A stretch of DNA of 64,000 nt from Balanoglossus misakiensis (GCA_040954595.2 CM082586.2:9207337-9271336); one strand, 5' to 3'; numbered from the stretch's first letter, positions 38,030 to 50,369 are shown. Made by a program: numbers and translations. Notes: a model not told the origin generated them from the sequence alone.

Positions 38030-41000
38030 TTAATAGTGGCAATTAATAAATGGTATAGAAGATAAAGTCGTATGAGCAAACTGTTTTAGATTCCATTGTT
38101 CGGGACTATATCTATCTGGAGGTCGTCTCTGTCGTGTAGGATAGCGTGGTTCAGGTTGAGTACTACTACTGGAGTCAGGACTGATGTTGGTTGTAGCAGG
38201 AGTGATACCATCTGGATCGCTCGATGACCAACCATCCGTACTTTGCAAAATATGATTCGAGAAATCTGAGGTAAGTACTTGAGAAGGTCCATCCGGATTA
38301 ACCATACTTGTGGGGTTGTCCATCAGGGAACTTTCTCTTCTGGATGGGATGAATTCTGCAGCAGTAGGATTAAGAGCATTGTGTTCTGTTGGCAAGTTGA
38401 TAGTTGACACGAATTGCAATTTACCAATGCCGTCATCCTCTTCGTCCACTGCATCCTGGGTAGCATCGTTGATAACACCCGGTACACTCTGCTTAACATC
38501 ACGCTGCGTCATCTTGGTGTTAACATCGTCATCCAGTTCGTCCGGAATTATTGGTATTGGGAGTAGCAAATTTCTATGTAGTGTCCGCTTCCTTCCACCC
38601 TTAACTTGTTTTTGTACCACGTATACTGGAATGTCTTCTATGGGCTGTGAAATCACTGTATATGGATCCTTTTCCCATTGGTCTGCCAATTTGTAATTGT
38701 CTTTAGGTCCTGTATTCTTCACCAACACAGTATCACCAGGTTGTATTATGGCCACCTTCACTTTTCTATCATATGACTTCTTCTGCCGTTCACCAGACTT
38801 AACAGACCGTTCCGTTGCTACTTTATAGGCGTAATCCAACCGTTCGGCAAGTTTCGTCACATAATCTGAAACTGTTCCACCATATTCTAGGTTGGTCTGG
38901 TCTGCATGTCCAGATACATCTATAGGCAGTCTTGGTTCACGACCAAACATCAAAAAGAAAGGTGAATATCCGGTGCTTTCATGCTTTGTAGAATTATAGG
39001 CATGAACCATCGTATTGACATGTGAAGCCCATCTTGTTTTGTTGTCTTCATTCATAGTTCCAAGCATCTGTAATAACGTCTTATTAAATCGTTCGCACAT
39101 TCCATTTCCCTGGGGGTGGTATGGAGTGGTCCTGGACTTCTTAATATTAGCTATTCGGCAAAGTTCCTGAATTGTAGACGACTCAAAGTTTCGCCCCTGG
39201 TCACTGTGTAATCGTCCTGGGAACCCATAATGCAAAATCAAATGTTCAAACAATGCTTTGGCAGTTGTTTTGGCAGACTGGTTCTTTGTAGGTACTGCTA
39301 TAGCGTATCGAGTGAAATGGTCCGTCATCACTAATATGTTGCTATATCCTTGATCTGGTGTTGGTATATGGAGAAAGTCGATGCACACCATTTCCATCGG
39401 TTGTGATGTGTGAATATTAACCAAGGGAGTTCTGGGTAAGGAAGTTGAACTTTTCCTGCGAATGCATGGTAAACAATGTTCCACTTTCTTTTGAACATCC
39501 ATCGACATCCTAGGCCAGTAGAATCTTCGTCGTACCAGATCCAGGGTTTTATCTTGGCCAAAGTGTCCAAGTTTATCATGTAGTTCCTCCAGGACATCTT
39601 TTCTATGGTGTACTGGTAAGACAAGTTGCAAATATTGTATATCATCGATGAAGCATTTCCTGTATAGGACTCCATTCTTCAGAACAAGGCGTTTCCAATC
39701 TCGTATAAGTAGTCTGATATCTCCTGTATGATCTCTCATAAGTGGTTTGTGGTCCTTTTCAAGCTGATCAGTCACATACCGTATTGTTGAATCTTTGGAC
39801 TGCTCCGTCTTCCAGAACACATCATCCCCACCTTGAACTACTGCAGGTCTGTCCTCATCTGCTACCATTCCGAATGAAGTTACGTATGGACCTTCTGTTG
39901 CTCGACAAAGCGCCTGGACTACATCGGCTCCCAGATTGGTTTCCGTCTCTGGATTCTCTCTATTCCATGGAATCCTAGACAAAGCGTCAGCCTCTATATT
40001 CTTCTTACCACTCCGGTAAACAATAGAGAAGTCGTACAATGACAAGTCTGACAACCATCTGTGTCCCACCGCATCCAGTTTCGCAGAAGTTAACACATAC
40101 GTCAAAGGGTTGTTGTCTGTAAACACAGTGAATTTGCTTCCATACAGGTAGTCGTTGAACTTCTTGGTGACGGCCCATTTCAGTGCCAAAAATTCTAATT
40201 TATGAGCTGGATAATTACTTTCAGACTTGGTGAGTCCTCTACTTGCATAGGCAATTACTCTGAGAATACCTTTCTGGCGTTGATACAGCACTGCTCCCAG
40301 ACCTGTGGAACTTGCATCAGTATGTATTTCAAATGGAAGTGAGTAGTCAGCAAAGGCTAGTATTGGTGACGACATTAGGCTCTTCCTCAGAGTGTCGAAA
40401 GCTTGTTGTTCCTGTTGTCCCCACTGGAGTTTTTCAAATTTTCCCGCCTTATTCCTTGACTGACGTCCACACAGCAAGTCGTTAAGTGGCTTGGCAATAT
40501 TACTGTAGCGTTGGATAAATCTCCTGTAATACCCTGCAAATCCAAGAAATCTTCTCAGTTCTGTTACAGTAGTGGGTATTGGCCATTCCTTCAGAGCTGC
40601 TACCTTGTCTGGGTCCGTTGTAATTCCGTCGGCTGATACCACGTGTCCAAGATATTTCACCTTCTTCTGGAATAAAACACATTTCGTTGCCTTCAACTTT
40701 AATCCATGTGATGCCAGCCGCTGGAATACCCGCTCCAATCTATTGAGGTGGTGTTCAAAAGTCTTCGAAAATACTATGATGTCATCTAAATACACACAAC
40801 ATTCTCTGAACGCCAATTCTCCAAAACACTTCTCCATGAGACGCTGGAAAGTTGCAGGTGCGTTGGTCAGACCCATCGACATACGGTTGAATTCAAATAA
40901 GCCGAAGTTTCCCACCGTGAAAGCTGTCTTCGCTTTGTCGTCTTCCGCCATCTCTACTTGGTAATATCCAGACCGTAGATCAAGCGATGAAAACCACTCG

Positions 41001-42178
41001 GCGTTACTAAGGTTATCAAGCGTATCCAATACCCGGGGTAATGCGTAAGCGTCTTTAATGGTTTTGGCGTTGAGACGTCTATAATCAATACACACCCTCA
41101 GCTTCCCATCAGGTTTTCTGACACATACAACATTTGAGGACCACGGGCTGTTTGATTCTCTAATCACACCACTCTGTAGCATATCTTGCAGGTACTGTTG
41201 CAATTCTTCGTACATACCCATAGGGATTCGACGGTATTTATCTTTAAAGGGGGTTTCATCCGTTAACTTTATCGAATGTGTTACCAATGTTGTGTGTCCC
41301 AAATCTCTCTCACCTGTAGAGAACACGGTTTGCCATTTACCAATGGTAGCCAAGGCTTGGTCTTTCTGGATTTCTGTTAATTCTGTATCTGCCTCTTGTA
41401 ATCCCAGGTCTTTTATCAGCCAATCGGGTACTTTTGGTGAGGTGGTCCCATCTGAGTTTGTATCAATATCATCTCCATATGGATCTAAAGGCTGTGAGAC
41501 ATTAGATGCTAAGTTCATGTTACATAGGGTGCTTTTAGGGGGAACTGTGACAGCACGTGCTCCATAGTTGGTCACCATTACTGGGATTCGACACGAATTA
41601 CCACGAGGCTCTAACTTCAACACGGCTGGAGTAACAAGTAAACCACCAGGTAAAAGTCTGTCATTTTCTGGTTCCACCACAACTACTGATTGACAATTTC
41701 TTAGGTCCACTCTGCAAAATCCATGGATGACTGTGCGTTCGTATGGTCCAATGGTTGTGGGTTTAGTAGTGGTAACTGTAAATGTCCTACCTTCGGCCCT
41801 CTGCCGGTGGATAGTCGCTTGGTATGCTAGTCTCCATACTGAGGATAGGTCTGTACTGTACTGTGTATCTTCATCCACAAAATGTTGGAGAACATTTGTG
41901 CCTATCACAACTGGAACCATCTGATTATATTCCGTGTCTTCAACAACAAGCAATAATATATCTTTAGACATCTCTTGTCCATGGCTATCTGGGAATTTCA
42001 CTTCAACTTCAATATAACCAAGGTAAGGAACTTCTGTACCACTAGCCCCTTCTACCTTCACCAAGTTGTTCAGGTCATGAATTGGTTTCTGTAGCTTCTC
42101 TCTGTTAAAAGTGTCAGCAACAGTAGATACCATGGACCCGGTGTCTATCAGCGCAATACACGAGGATCCTTCCAACAC
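38030..42178 (-). CDS. pol: Pol polyprotein (PR-RT-RH-IN)
   Basis: LIDTGS, LRVCIDYRRLN, YLDD, TDAS, HHCC zinc finger, integrase DDE core (HSDQGRNFES..GMCER); frame open upstream to ~42289. Confidence 0.96.
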   Translation of the reverse strand: MLEGSSCIALIDTGSMVSTVADTFNREKLQKPIHDLNNLVKVEGASGTEVPYLGYIEVEVKFPDSHGQEMSKDILLLVVEDTEYNQMVPVVIGTNVLQHFVDEDTQYSTDLSSVWRLAYQATIHRQRAEGRTFTVTTTKPTTIGPYERTVIHGFCRVDLRNCQSVVVVEPENDRLLPGGLLVTPAVLKLEPRGNSCRIPVMVTNYGARAVTVPPKSTLCNMNLASNVSQPLDPYGDDIDTNSDGTTSPKVPDWLIKDLGLQEADTELTEIQKDQALATIGKWQTVFSTGERDLGHTTLVTHSIKLTDETPFKDKYRRIPMGMYEELQQYLQDMLQSGVIRESNSPWSSNVVCVRKPDGKLRVCIDYRRLNAKTIKDAYALPRVLDTLDNLSNAEWFSSLDLRSGYYQVEMAEDDKAKTAFTVGNFGLFEFNRMSMGLTNAPATFQRLMEKCFGELAFRECCVYLDDIIVFSKTFEHHLNRLERVFQRLASHGLKLKATKCVLFQKKVKYLGHVVSADGITTDPDKVAALKEWPIPTTVTELRRFLGFAGYYRRFIQRYSNIAKPLNDLLCGRQSRNKAGKFEKLQWGQQEQQAFDTLRKSLMSSPILAFADYSLPFEIHTDASSTGLGAVLYQRQKGILRVIAYASRGLTKSESNYPAHKLEFLALKWAVTKKFNDYLYGSKFTVFTDNNPLTYVLTSAKLDAVGHRWLSDLSLYDFSIVYRSGKKNIEADALSRIPWNRENPETETNLGADVVQALCRATEGPYVTSFGMVADEDRPAVVQGGDDVFWKTEQSKDSTIRYVTDQLEKDHKPLMRDHTGDIRLLIRDWKRLVLKNGVLYRKCFIDDIQYLQLVLPVHHRKDVLEELHDKLGHFGQDKTLDLVRRRFYWPRMSMDVQKKVEHCLPCIRRKSSTSLPRTPLVNIHTSQPMEMVCIDFLHIPTPDQGYSNILVMTDHFTRYAIAVPTKNQSAKTTAKALFEHLILHYGFPGRLHSDQGRNFESSTIQELCRIANIKKSRTTPYHPQGNGMCERFNKTLLQMLGTMNEDNKTRWASHVNTMVHAYNSTKHESTGYSPFFLMFGREPRLPIDVSGHADQTNLEYGGTVSDYVTKLAERLDYAYKVATERSVKSGERQKKSYDRKVKVAIIQPGDTVLVKNTGPKDNYKLADQWEKDPYTVISQPIEDIPVYVVQKQVKGGRKRTLHRNLLLPIPIIPDELDDDVNTKMTQRDVKQSVPGVINDATQDAVDEEDDGIGKLQFVSTINLPTEHNALNPTAAEFIPSRRESSLMDNPTSMVNPDGPSQVLTSDFSNHILQSTDGWSSSDPDGITPATTNISPDSSSSTQPEPRYPTRQRRPPDRYSPEQWNLKQFAHTTLSSIPFINCHY

Positions 42179-42246
42179 AATCTCAGTTTCATTGGCGTGG
42201 CCTATTAAAGAATCAATAACATTAGAGGGACTGTTACCGTTCCGAC

Positions 42247-43740
42247 CTAGCGCATGTCCCTCCGGATGCCTGGTCGCTCCCCATTTAAAGGACAGTCTGT
42301 CTTTTTGTGTCCATGTTCACCACACTTGAAGCAGTTGCCTGGGAAAACTTGTTTGGGTTGGCGAGTTCCATCGTTGCCACGCCGATCCCGGCCATTTTCA
42401 TTGTTGACACGTCGGCGAAAAGTAGACTCTGGAGTTGATGATGTTGAAGTTCGCTTCTCTAGTTCAGCAACCTTCTCAGCTAAGTTCTTCAGACCTTTGG
42501 TAAGTTCCTCCAATTTGGTTATCATCGTCTTGTCAGCAACAGTTGCTTGGTGAACCCTGGTAGTGGTCTCCCTATTTACTTCAAGCTTTCTTGCGGCTAG
42601 CAACAATCCTGAATAATCTTCTCCCGTATCATATCGGTGTCTGATTGCATTCTTAATGTGCTCATCTGACAGGCCAGAAAAGAATTTGGTTCGAAGCATG
42701 GTTTCTTCTGAATTACTAGAGATGGACTGACCTGATCTGAGTTCATCCAAAAGTCCTTCGATGCGACAGGCCCATTCTGCTACCTTTTCTGTCTTCGTTT
42801 GTCGTGCTGTATAGAATTTTTCCAAAACTGCTTCCGGTGGCAATACTTTCCCAAAGACCATGTCCATCTTCGCCATCAATCGGGACACTGTGATGTCTTC
42901 TCCCATATGTAGTAGGACTTCAGCAGCGGACGCTCGTAGGGATTTCCGAACAGCCTGCATAATTATGGTCTCCGGAAACACATTCTCCCTCTGTAGTGCT
43001 CGAACTTCATATCGCCACATTTCATAAGTGACATCACCTTTGCCAGAGAAGACGACTATTCTTGGGAATTCCACCGAGTGAAAAGCAGTAGTGGCTGTGG
43101 CTGGCTGTGCAGCAGCTGCTTGGGCAGGTGAAGACATAATCAGTGGTGAGGAATCTGCAACTGAAGTTGGTACTGGAAATGCTGGAAATGGAATCGGCTG
43201 TGGCATAGGGGTTGATACCATTGTTTTCAGTGGAGCAGGTGATATGGCCTGTGCAACCGCTTTCCTATCTGCTTCAGACAGTAAACTCAACATGTTAATA
43301 ATTTCCTGTACATCTGCTTTGGGTTTGGATGTCTTGGGATCACTGGTTTCATTGTAATCTAGGCCAGTACTTTGTTCGGTTTCCTCAATTAAATGCCACA
43401 GTTCCAACCCTCGGGCTGTGGTCACACGACTTGCCCGTAATTTGCTTTCTTCAAAAGTGCTTTTATGTATTACTGGCAGAGCGGCTGTGGCTGATTCTAT
43501 ATTCTCAAATATGACAAAAGCGGAATCTTTATCAGAAATATAAATTTGATCAACCTGGGCCAAACCAAGCTGTAACTCGATAAATTCTCTAAAATGTTTC
43601 TTTGTACATTCAAAAGGCAAGTGTTGCACATAAATGCTTCGCTCTTGAATTGATATTTTGGACACAGCCATTTTTTTTCCCATAAAATGAGAGGCAATTT
43701 GGGAGGACTCTGACGTGTCGTTAAATACGATGCAATGCAA
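42247..43740 (-). CDS. gag: Gag (PNMA/Ma-like capsid, N-terminal RRM-like segment, CCHC knuckle)
   Basis: FSGKGDVTYEMWRYEV, AVRKSLRASA, FYTARQ..EKV, CFKCGEHGHKKTDC. Confidence 0.92.
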   Translation of the reverse strand: MHCIVFNDTSESSQIASHFMGKKMAVSKISIQERSIYVQHLPFECTKKHFREFIELQLGLAQVDQIYISDKDSAFVIFENIESATAALPVIHKSTFEESKLRASRVTTARGLELWHLIEETEQSTGLDYNETSDPKTSKPKADVQEIINMLSLLSEADRKAVAQAISPAPLKTMVSTPMPQPIPFPAFPVPTSVADSSPLIMSSPAQAAAAQPATATTAFHSVEFPRIVVFSGKGDVTYEMWRYEVRALQRENVFPETIIMQAVRKSLRASAAEVLLHMGEDITVSRLMAKMDMVFGKVLPPEAVLEKFYTARQTKTEKVAEWACRIEGLLDELRSGQSISSNSEETMLRTKFFSGLSDEHIKNAIRHRYDTGEDYSGLLLAARKLEVNRETTTRVHQATVADKTMITKLEELTKGLKNLAEKVAELEKRTSTSSTPESTFRRRVNNENGRDRRGNDGTRQPKQVFPGNCFKCGEHGHKKTDCPLNGERPGIRRDMR

Positions 43741-44737
43741 GCTATTTCACTGGAAAATCTTAACAATAATATCAGTATCTACTGGCATAGCACATACGTT
43801 AACAGGGAATGAAGTAAGCATAGAATAGCTTACAGACACTGCCAAAGGTTCTATAGAGACTAATGTATGATTTGGATGAATACGACCATTCATGGACAGT
43901 CTCAATAATAATGAAACAACTAAATAACTAATACAATAATAAACTAACTCAAGTCAATATACAATATTTAACTTATAACTTAATATTTTTTTTTTCAACA
44001 AGCGCTGACAATTTTTTTTTTTTTCACGTCGTTTGGAAAATAATGAACTGAAATTTACAAAGAAAATTTATACTTCAGCACTTAACCAAAATATACTGTT
44101 GAAAGAAAATAAAATTTATATATATATTTTTTTTCGTTAAAGCAGGCTAAAGGCAACAAAACAGGGGTTTATATCCACATGGAGCCCACTTCAACAATTA
44201 AATCAAAGTCAAAACTACTTTGACCACATTGCATTATATAGACAATATTGAAATTTCTAAGAAAAATTTACAAACATTACGTTACACCAGGTTCTACGGC
44301 GAATAACCAGAAAGTTCGTTTGCAATAAAATACCCAGTCCACAAGTTCAAGTCCGAAGTTATCACAGATGGAAACTATGCGCCACGGACGGAATTTATGC
44401 GCACTGTCTATAGTTCGCACGGAATAACACTGTCAAGTTCTGGACACACAATACCTTGTATACCGCGATGAACACTTCACACTAAACAGTTCCGGCCGGT
44501 AACAGTTCAGCGACTTCACCACTTGGCACTCTGCAGAGAATTTTCCTCGCCGTTGACGCTTGGACCTGGCTCCCGTCTGTCTGCAGTCCGGGTGGCTCCC
44601 CAAGGACGTCCAGCTCAGCGAAAGACACACCTGGTTGGGCGTTGTCCGTTGTCCAGACACTTCTGACCAGTTAAAACATGGCACTTGTCAGTATCATCCT
44701 CTCCGTCCCGAAAAAAGAACCTGCGTAGGAATTGCCA

Positions 44738-44756
44738 AATCCTGCCGACTACGCCA
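44738..44756 (-). promoter_or_regulatory. Primer-binding site, tRNA-Ser
   Basis: Minus strand TGGCGTAGTCGGCAGGATT 2 nt after the LTR; complementary to the metazoan tRNA-Ser 3' end ..AATCCTGCCGACTACGCCA (from recall). Confidence 0.8.
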
Positions 44757-44758
44757 TT

Positions 44759-45400
44759 TGTCACGGTTGTCGCCGTTCATTCCAACATATTCACACCAAA
44801 CAGGTTACGGGTAACAAAGACATAGGCCTTACATTTAATAACTGAAATGGAACAAATACATGTCAGTTCCAACGTGTGTGGCCGGTCTGGCTACAGAGGT
44901 GAACTGCTAAATTACACACATGTATGGGAGTTCACCTCCAACAGAATACACCAAAATTCATGCAAGTGAAAAATATAGACATACAATTGGAAAATTGACG
45001 CAAGTTAAAGACACCAATTACTTGTGCTGAAATGAGTCGGTAGAATGCACCAAAATACAAAGCTTCAAGCAACAGGTAAGGTACAAGGAAACTAACCTGA
45101 AATGGAACAAATACATGTCAGTTCCAACGTGTGTGGCCGGTCTGGCTACAGAGGTGAACTGACCAATTTTATGCACCATGTCCTTTTATATCAGCAATTA
45201 CATCATAGTGCCAGATTAGCTTGTGTTCATTGGTCAAATGAAACTTCCAGGTGGTTTGCATATAATTAAGATCAACCAATTGAAGGTAAGTACTATTACG
45301 TCATATGAATAATTGAATAACTAATTACTATAAGATACAGGTATAACATACATACAGATATACATGTATACAAATTCAATGGATCAACAAGGCCGTTACA
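44759..45400 (-). repeat. 5' LTR
   Basis: Direct repeat of 37329-37970, adjacent to the PBS. Confidence 0.95.
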
Positions 45401-45632
45401 TTTGTTTGTGTCTTTGTCTATTTGTTTGTTTGTTTGTTAGTTTGTTTGTTTGTTTAAGGAAATTTCACATTACATTTCAATTTTGTGACATTATATATAT
45501 ATATTTATTTCAGTATCTTAGGCCACCGGCCTTCATACAATAATTAAACTGATAAATATACAGACATGCAGTGGGGCTTACATTGACATAATAGATACAA
45601 TGCCATCAAAACAGAAATAGACGTGTATGCGA

Positions 45633-48600
45633 TCAAGTGTCCTGCAATAAATTATCTCTTAACTTAAAACTATAATAAATAAACTTTGCCAGATTAACTA
45701 AGGTGTGGAGGTTTTGAGAGTTTAACAGGCTAGAGTATTTCTTCAATGAGGGTTGCTGATAGTGGAATGGTGAGAGAAAACGTGTTCTTAATTCCTTGTA
45801 GATGGGGCAAATAAGACAAATGTGAAATTCCGTTTCAACTTGCTGTAAAGTACAAAACTGACAAATTCTGTTATCTCTTGTTAACCCTTCAAAGCGGCCA
45901 CTCTCTATTAAAAGTTTGTGGTTTGGAATTCTAAATTTACAAAGGGTGACTCTAAATAGCTCAATATTTACACAATTCAAATATTTTTCAAAAGACAAAT
46001 TATTTTTAAATAGACGATAAGAATCCATCTTAGTGGAATTGACCAATTCACTGTGCCATACCTGCTGACCAATATCCAGGCATCTTTGTTTAAAATTTGA
46101 AAGAAAAAGACACTCGTTTCCCACAGCCTGTGACTCCCAGGCAATACCAAAACCAAAATAAAATAAAAGGTCTTTGACCTTTTTGGCCCAACAATTATAA
46201 CCTTTGTCTGCCATTTCACGTTGGTAGTCATAACATTGCTTAGTATATCTATAATTTTCGCTATGGATTAATTTTACCCAGTATTTAATAATGCGTGGTA
46301 GACGAAGCGTTTTCAAAGATTGTCTGCCCAGTTCACCCAAGACAGCTAAATTGGTTGACCTTGAACTAACCATGAGTATATATTTACAGAAATCTATTTG
46401 AATTTTTTCAACATCCTTACCCTCATGAAAACCCCATACTTCACTACCGTACATAAGTATTGGAAGAATTTTGCAGTCGAAAATTCGTAGAGCTAGCTCT
46501 ATGTCTATGTTTTTAAACTGACTCAGATATCTTTTAATATTGTACATAGCTTTTTTCCCTTGTTTGGCAAGGATTTCTTGAGCCTTTGTCCAGATTCCTG
46601 AACAAGACAAGGTCAGACCGAGTAGTTAAAATACGGTACTGTCTGAACCTGGACCCCATTCAATGTCCATCTCTCGTAATTTTTCAACCTTCCCCCACTC
46701 CTGAAGACAAAATTTTTTGTCTTGGACCCATTAACTTTTAGTTTCCATCTGTTACAATAGATACACAATTTGTTAAGCTGTCTTTGTAGTCCAATTACTG
46801 AATTACTTACAATTGTTAAATCGTCAGCAAAGCAAAGATACAAGAGCTTCAAAATTCCTACATAAACACCATTAAACATGCCATTTTTGAGGGTTTCGCC
46901 AAGATCATCGATGAAAAGATTAAATAATAATGGGGACAAAACAGATCCTTGTTGCACACCATAAGTACACTGGAAAAAGTTTGTAATCCCATGTGGTGTT
47001 CGTACACATGATTTCACCGATTTGTACATAGATTTTAACACTATAAGCATTTTACTCTTCATTTCACGTTTCAGTAATTTATAAAACAAGTCGTTGTGAT
47101 CAATTCTATCGAAAGCTTTCTCGAAATCAATGAATGCACCATAAAAACGTGATTTGTGTTTGGATAAGTATTTCCATATTGTAGTATCCAAAATAAAAAT
47201 GTTGTCAATTGTGCTGCGGTTCTTCCTAAAACCAGCCTGAGCTTCAGTGATTGGCGAATTAAGTTCAACAAAGTCATTTAAACGCTTGAACATCACATTG
47301 CAAAAAATCTTACCAATAATAGGAAGAAGAGTTATTCCCCTATAGTTACACACAGAGTCATGTACCCCTTTCTTAAAAAGAGGGATAATCATACCTTTTA
47401 CCCACTCTTCTGGGAAAATACCTGAGTTGAGAACACTATTGAAAAAGTTATACAAAATTAATCTAAATTCTTGGCATGAATACTTAAAGAAATCCGCAGG
47501 TATGCCATCAACGCCTGCAGCTTTACCCAATTTCAGGTTATTAATTGCACAATCTATTTCTTCAAGTGATATTTCACTATCCAGAACACTGGTATCAACG
47601 TCTGTGCCTACATCCGTATATACAGGATCATGAAATGAAAACGAATTGTTTACAAACTCGTCGACTTCCACATAAAAATCTTGGAAATCGTCGTGTAAAT
47701 TGCCAGGAGTATTAAATAAAACAGAAAAGTAATCAACCCATTCCTTAGCAGTAATTGAATCAGGGGGACCCGGGGTATAAGGTCTCAACATGGACCAAAA
47801 ACGCTTAGAATTCGGGTCCTTGGCGGCTTCGGCAAAATTACGTTGTTTCAATATATCATAGTTCCTTTTCTTTTCTTTCAGCAGGTTGTGATAATCTCGC
47901 TGGATGGATTTATAGACACCGAATGAAATAGGGGTGGGACTATATTTATGGTTTCTAAGGACATTCTTAACTTTGGCTTTAAATTCACGGCATTCATCAT
48001 CCCACCAATTATTCGTCTTTTTCACTCGTCTACCCATGCCACCTGTTTTCATACATGAAAGTGAGTTCCAAATTGTATCCCTCAGACAAAGCGCAGCATT
48101 GTCTATTTCCCCTCAAGAGAGAAGCCCATTGATTTCAGACACATGTGAGTTTGAAGATGCGCTGTTCCAAAAGTTGTTAACTACATTGAGTAACTTATTA
48201 TCCCATTTACAAGTAAATATAGAAGAGTTATTAACATTGTTATAATCAGACGTAAGACTTGTTCTCTCTTGGTGAGACAGGTCTAATTTAAATATCAGTG
48301 GTTGGTGGTCTGATTCAACCCTAGAATCAATATACATATCTGTTAACAGGTGAAGATCATGACAAGATAACAAAAGGTAATCTATCACACTGCCCCCGCT
48401 TTTGGAAAGAAATGTATACTCACCACTTCCATGATTCTTAAAAAATCTCCCATTAACAATTTTAAAATTTGTGCTGTGACAAAAATCCAGTAACCGTTTA
48501 CCATAATCATTAACTGATGAATCTCTTGACTCTCGTATTGGCAAAGGTGGATCTACGTCACTGTCATCCACTGGCAAACACCTGGAATCCCATTCGATAG

Positions 48601-49090
48601 TATCAGAGACACAGCCTGTGCGGGCATTAAAATCGCCGCATAAAATTACAGGCGAGCCTTCGTGAATGGTTGAATATTTTGCTAATTCATTTTCTAACAA
48701 TTGGAACATTTCTGGATTTGCATATTGAGATGACCCTTCTGGTGAGAAGTAGACAACACACATTAACAATGAATTAATTTGAAAGTTATCTTTGAGAAAC
48801 AGCTTTACCCATAGAAAATCCTCGGACAAACTTGGCAGCTGTTGGAAGCTTTTGCATATTGAGTTCTTGACAAAAACTGAAATACCCCCTGAAAATCTTC
48901 CTAAATGCATAATCTTTTTTCTAGCAAGGTTGATAGAAGTGTAATTGGGAATAGAAAACTGATCTGAAGTACAAGCCCACGTTTCCGTCAGGCAAATTAC
49001 ACCAAAATCCGATTTTGTCAAAAAAGACATGAAATCCGCCGTCAAGAAATTTAGATTTTAAACCATTAATGTTCCAGCAAATAAACTGAG
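45633..49090 (-). pseudogene. LINE ORF2 in three pieces (APE 48113-49045, RT 46613-48052, C-terminal 45633-46610)
   Basis: CLTETW, GDFNAR, SDH; NYRGITL, QAGFR, DFEKAFD, FADD; CQFC..ETEFH..CPIY. Confidence 0.9.
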
Positions 49091-49175
49091 TGTCAGTATC
49101 TTTGCCATGTTCAGAATATAAGCTGGTGTTACTCGTGTCTGCATCATACCGTGTATTGTGGCTTCGGCCTGACCC

Positions 49176-50369
49176 CTAGCGATCGCGATGATTTCTGTTG
49201 AAAGGGCGAATGTCATTCAGCGAATCGTCGAAAATATATAGAGTTCCATCGATCTTTAGCTTGTCATAATTCAAAAATGCGCGTTTACCTTCTTCTCTTG
49301 CTTTCTGTAGAAACTGTCCAAGCTTCCTCCTAGTCTCCCGTACCCTTGGAGTAAAGTCTTCGGAAACCCGAAAGTTTGTGTTCTTGAGACTCCCTCGTGC
49401 TTTCTGTAAGACTTGTTCCCGTTGTTTAAAGCGTGTGAATTTGGCAACAATAGGCTGGGGATGACCTTTCGCATTAGATAGACGATGAACCCCGTCGAAT
49501 TCAAAGCTGCTACCATCTAGGTCTAGTTTCTCCGACAAAAATGTCTTCACTTTGTTTTCGGTATCGTCCCAAGTTTCATTAGGCGACTGTTCGATATTGT
49601 GGAATAACAGATTATCCCGTTTCATCCTACCTTTGACATCGTCGAGTTCCCTTAACACCGTGCTTATATTGTCTTTTAAATACTTGTTCTCTTCCGCTAA
49701 TCGAGCAGTTTCCTGGTAATTTTCTCTCAGTTCGCTCCGCAAACGATTCACTTCATCCTTCAACTCGTCAACTCTATAATGAACATCGTGAACCGAAGTA
49801 TCAATCTGTGTTTTCAGGTCGACTTTGAGTTCTCGAATTTCGCGTATGACATCGGCTAGACTGGTTTCTTTTGGGGCCTCCGGTTCGCTCACTGTTGGAG
49901 TCGAATTTGACCTGAGTTCTCTTTGAGTACCAGTACATTCTGTCAATTTTACCTGCTTAACCGCTTTTGGAGGTCCTGGGTTTAATTCAATGTCTCCACT
50001 CAAAGTCAAAAGAAGGGGTACGAATACTGTGTTGCCTTGCAGACCTGCTGTTGCAACGGCATTGGTAACCATACGCTGTTCAAAAACCATGACATGTTCG
50101 TATTCCATAAAACTGTTGATATCTTCATTGGTTGAAAAGCTGGCTAGGTTGTCCATTTCAATTTTAGATAGCAGAGAACCAACCAACAACGTCAGTTCAA
50201 TAATGAAAACTGTTGCTGTAGTTCTGCACAGATAGTCAAGAACAGGTGGCCAACGTGAATACCTTGTCCGTTGCGACACGTCACCGCTATGACTTTCGAC
50301 ACACTTCCAGGAATTTGGTTGTGAAAACCCGCCGATGCGTCCTCTCCAAAGTTGCAAACTGATACCCAT
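49176..50369 (-). CDS. LINE ORF1 with 2A-like peptide, coiled coil and RRM-like/C-terminal domain
   Basis: LLLTLSGDIELNPGP; heptad-rich segment; RDNLLFHNIEQ, HRL..PQPIVAKF, RVSEDF, DKLKIDG. Confidence 0.85.
   Translation of the reverse strand: MGISLQLWRGRIGGFSQPNSWKCVESHSGDVSQRTRYSRWPPVLDYLCRTTATVFIIELTLLVGSLLSKIEMDNLASFSTNEDINSFMEYEHVMVFEQRMVTNAVATAGLQGNTVFVPLLLTLSGDIELNPGPPKAVKQVKLTECTGTQRELRSNSTPTVSEPEAPKETSLADVIREIRELKVDLKTQIDTSVHDVHYRVDELKDEVNRLRSELRENYQETARLAEENKYLKDNISTVLRELDDVKGRMKRDNLLFHNIEQSPNETWDDTENKVKTFLSEKLDLDGSSFEFDGVHRLSNAKGHPQPIVAKFTRFKQREQVLQKARGSLKNTNFRVSEDFTPRVRETRRKLGQFLQKAREEGKRAFLNYDKLKIDGTLYIFDDSLNDIRPFNRNHRDR

Larger units (their letters stand above)
37329..45400 (-). 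mobile_element. Full-length Ty3/Gypsy LTR retrotransposon
   Basis: Two 642-bp TG..CA LTRs, 4-bp TSD TTTG, PBS, open gag and pol. Confidence 0.96.
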
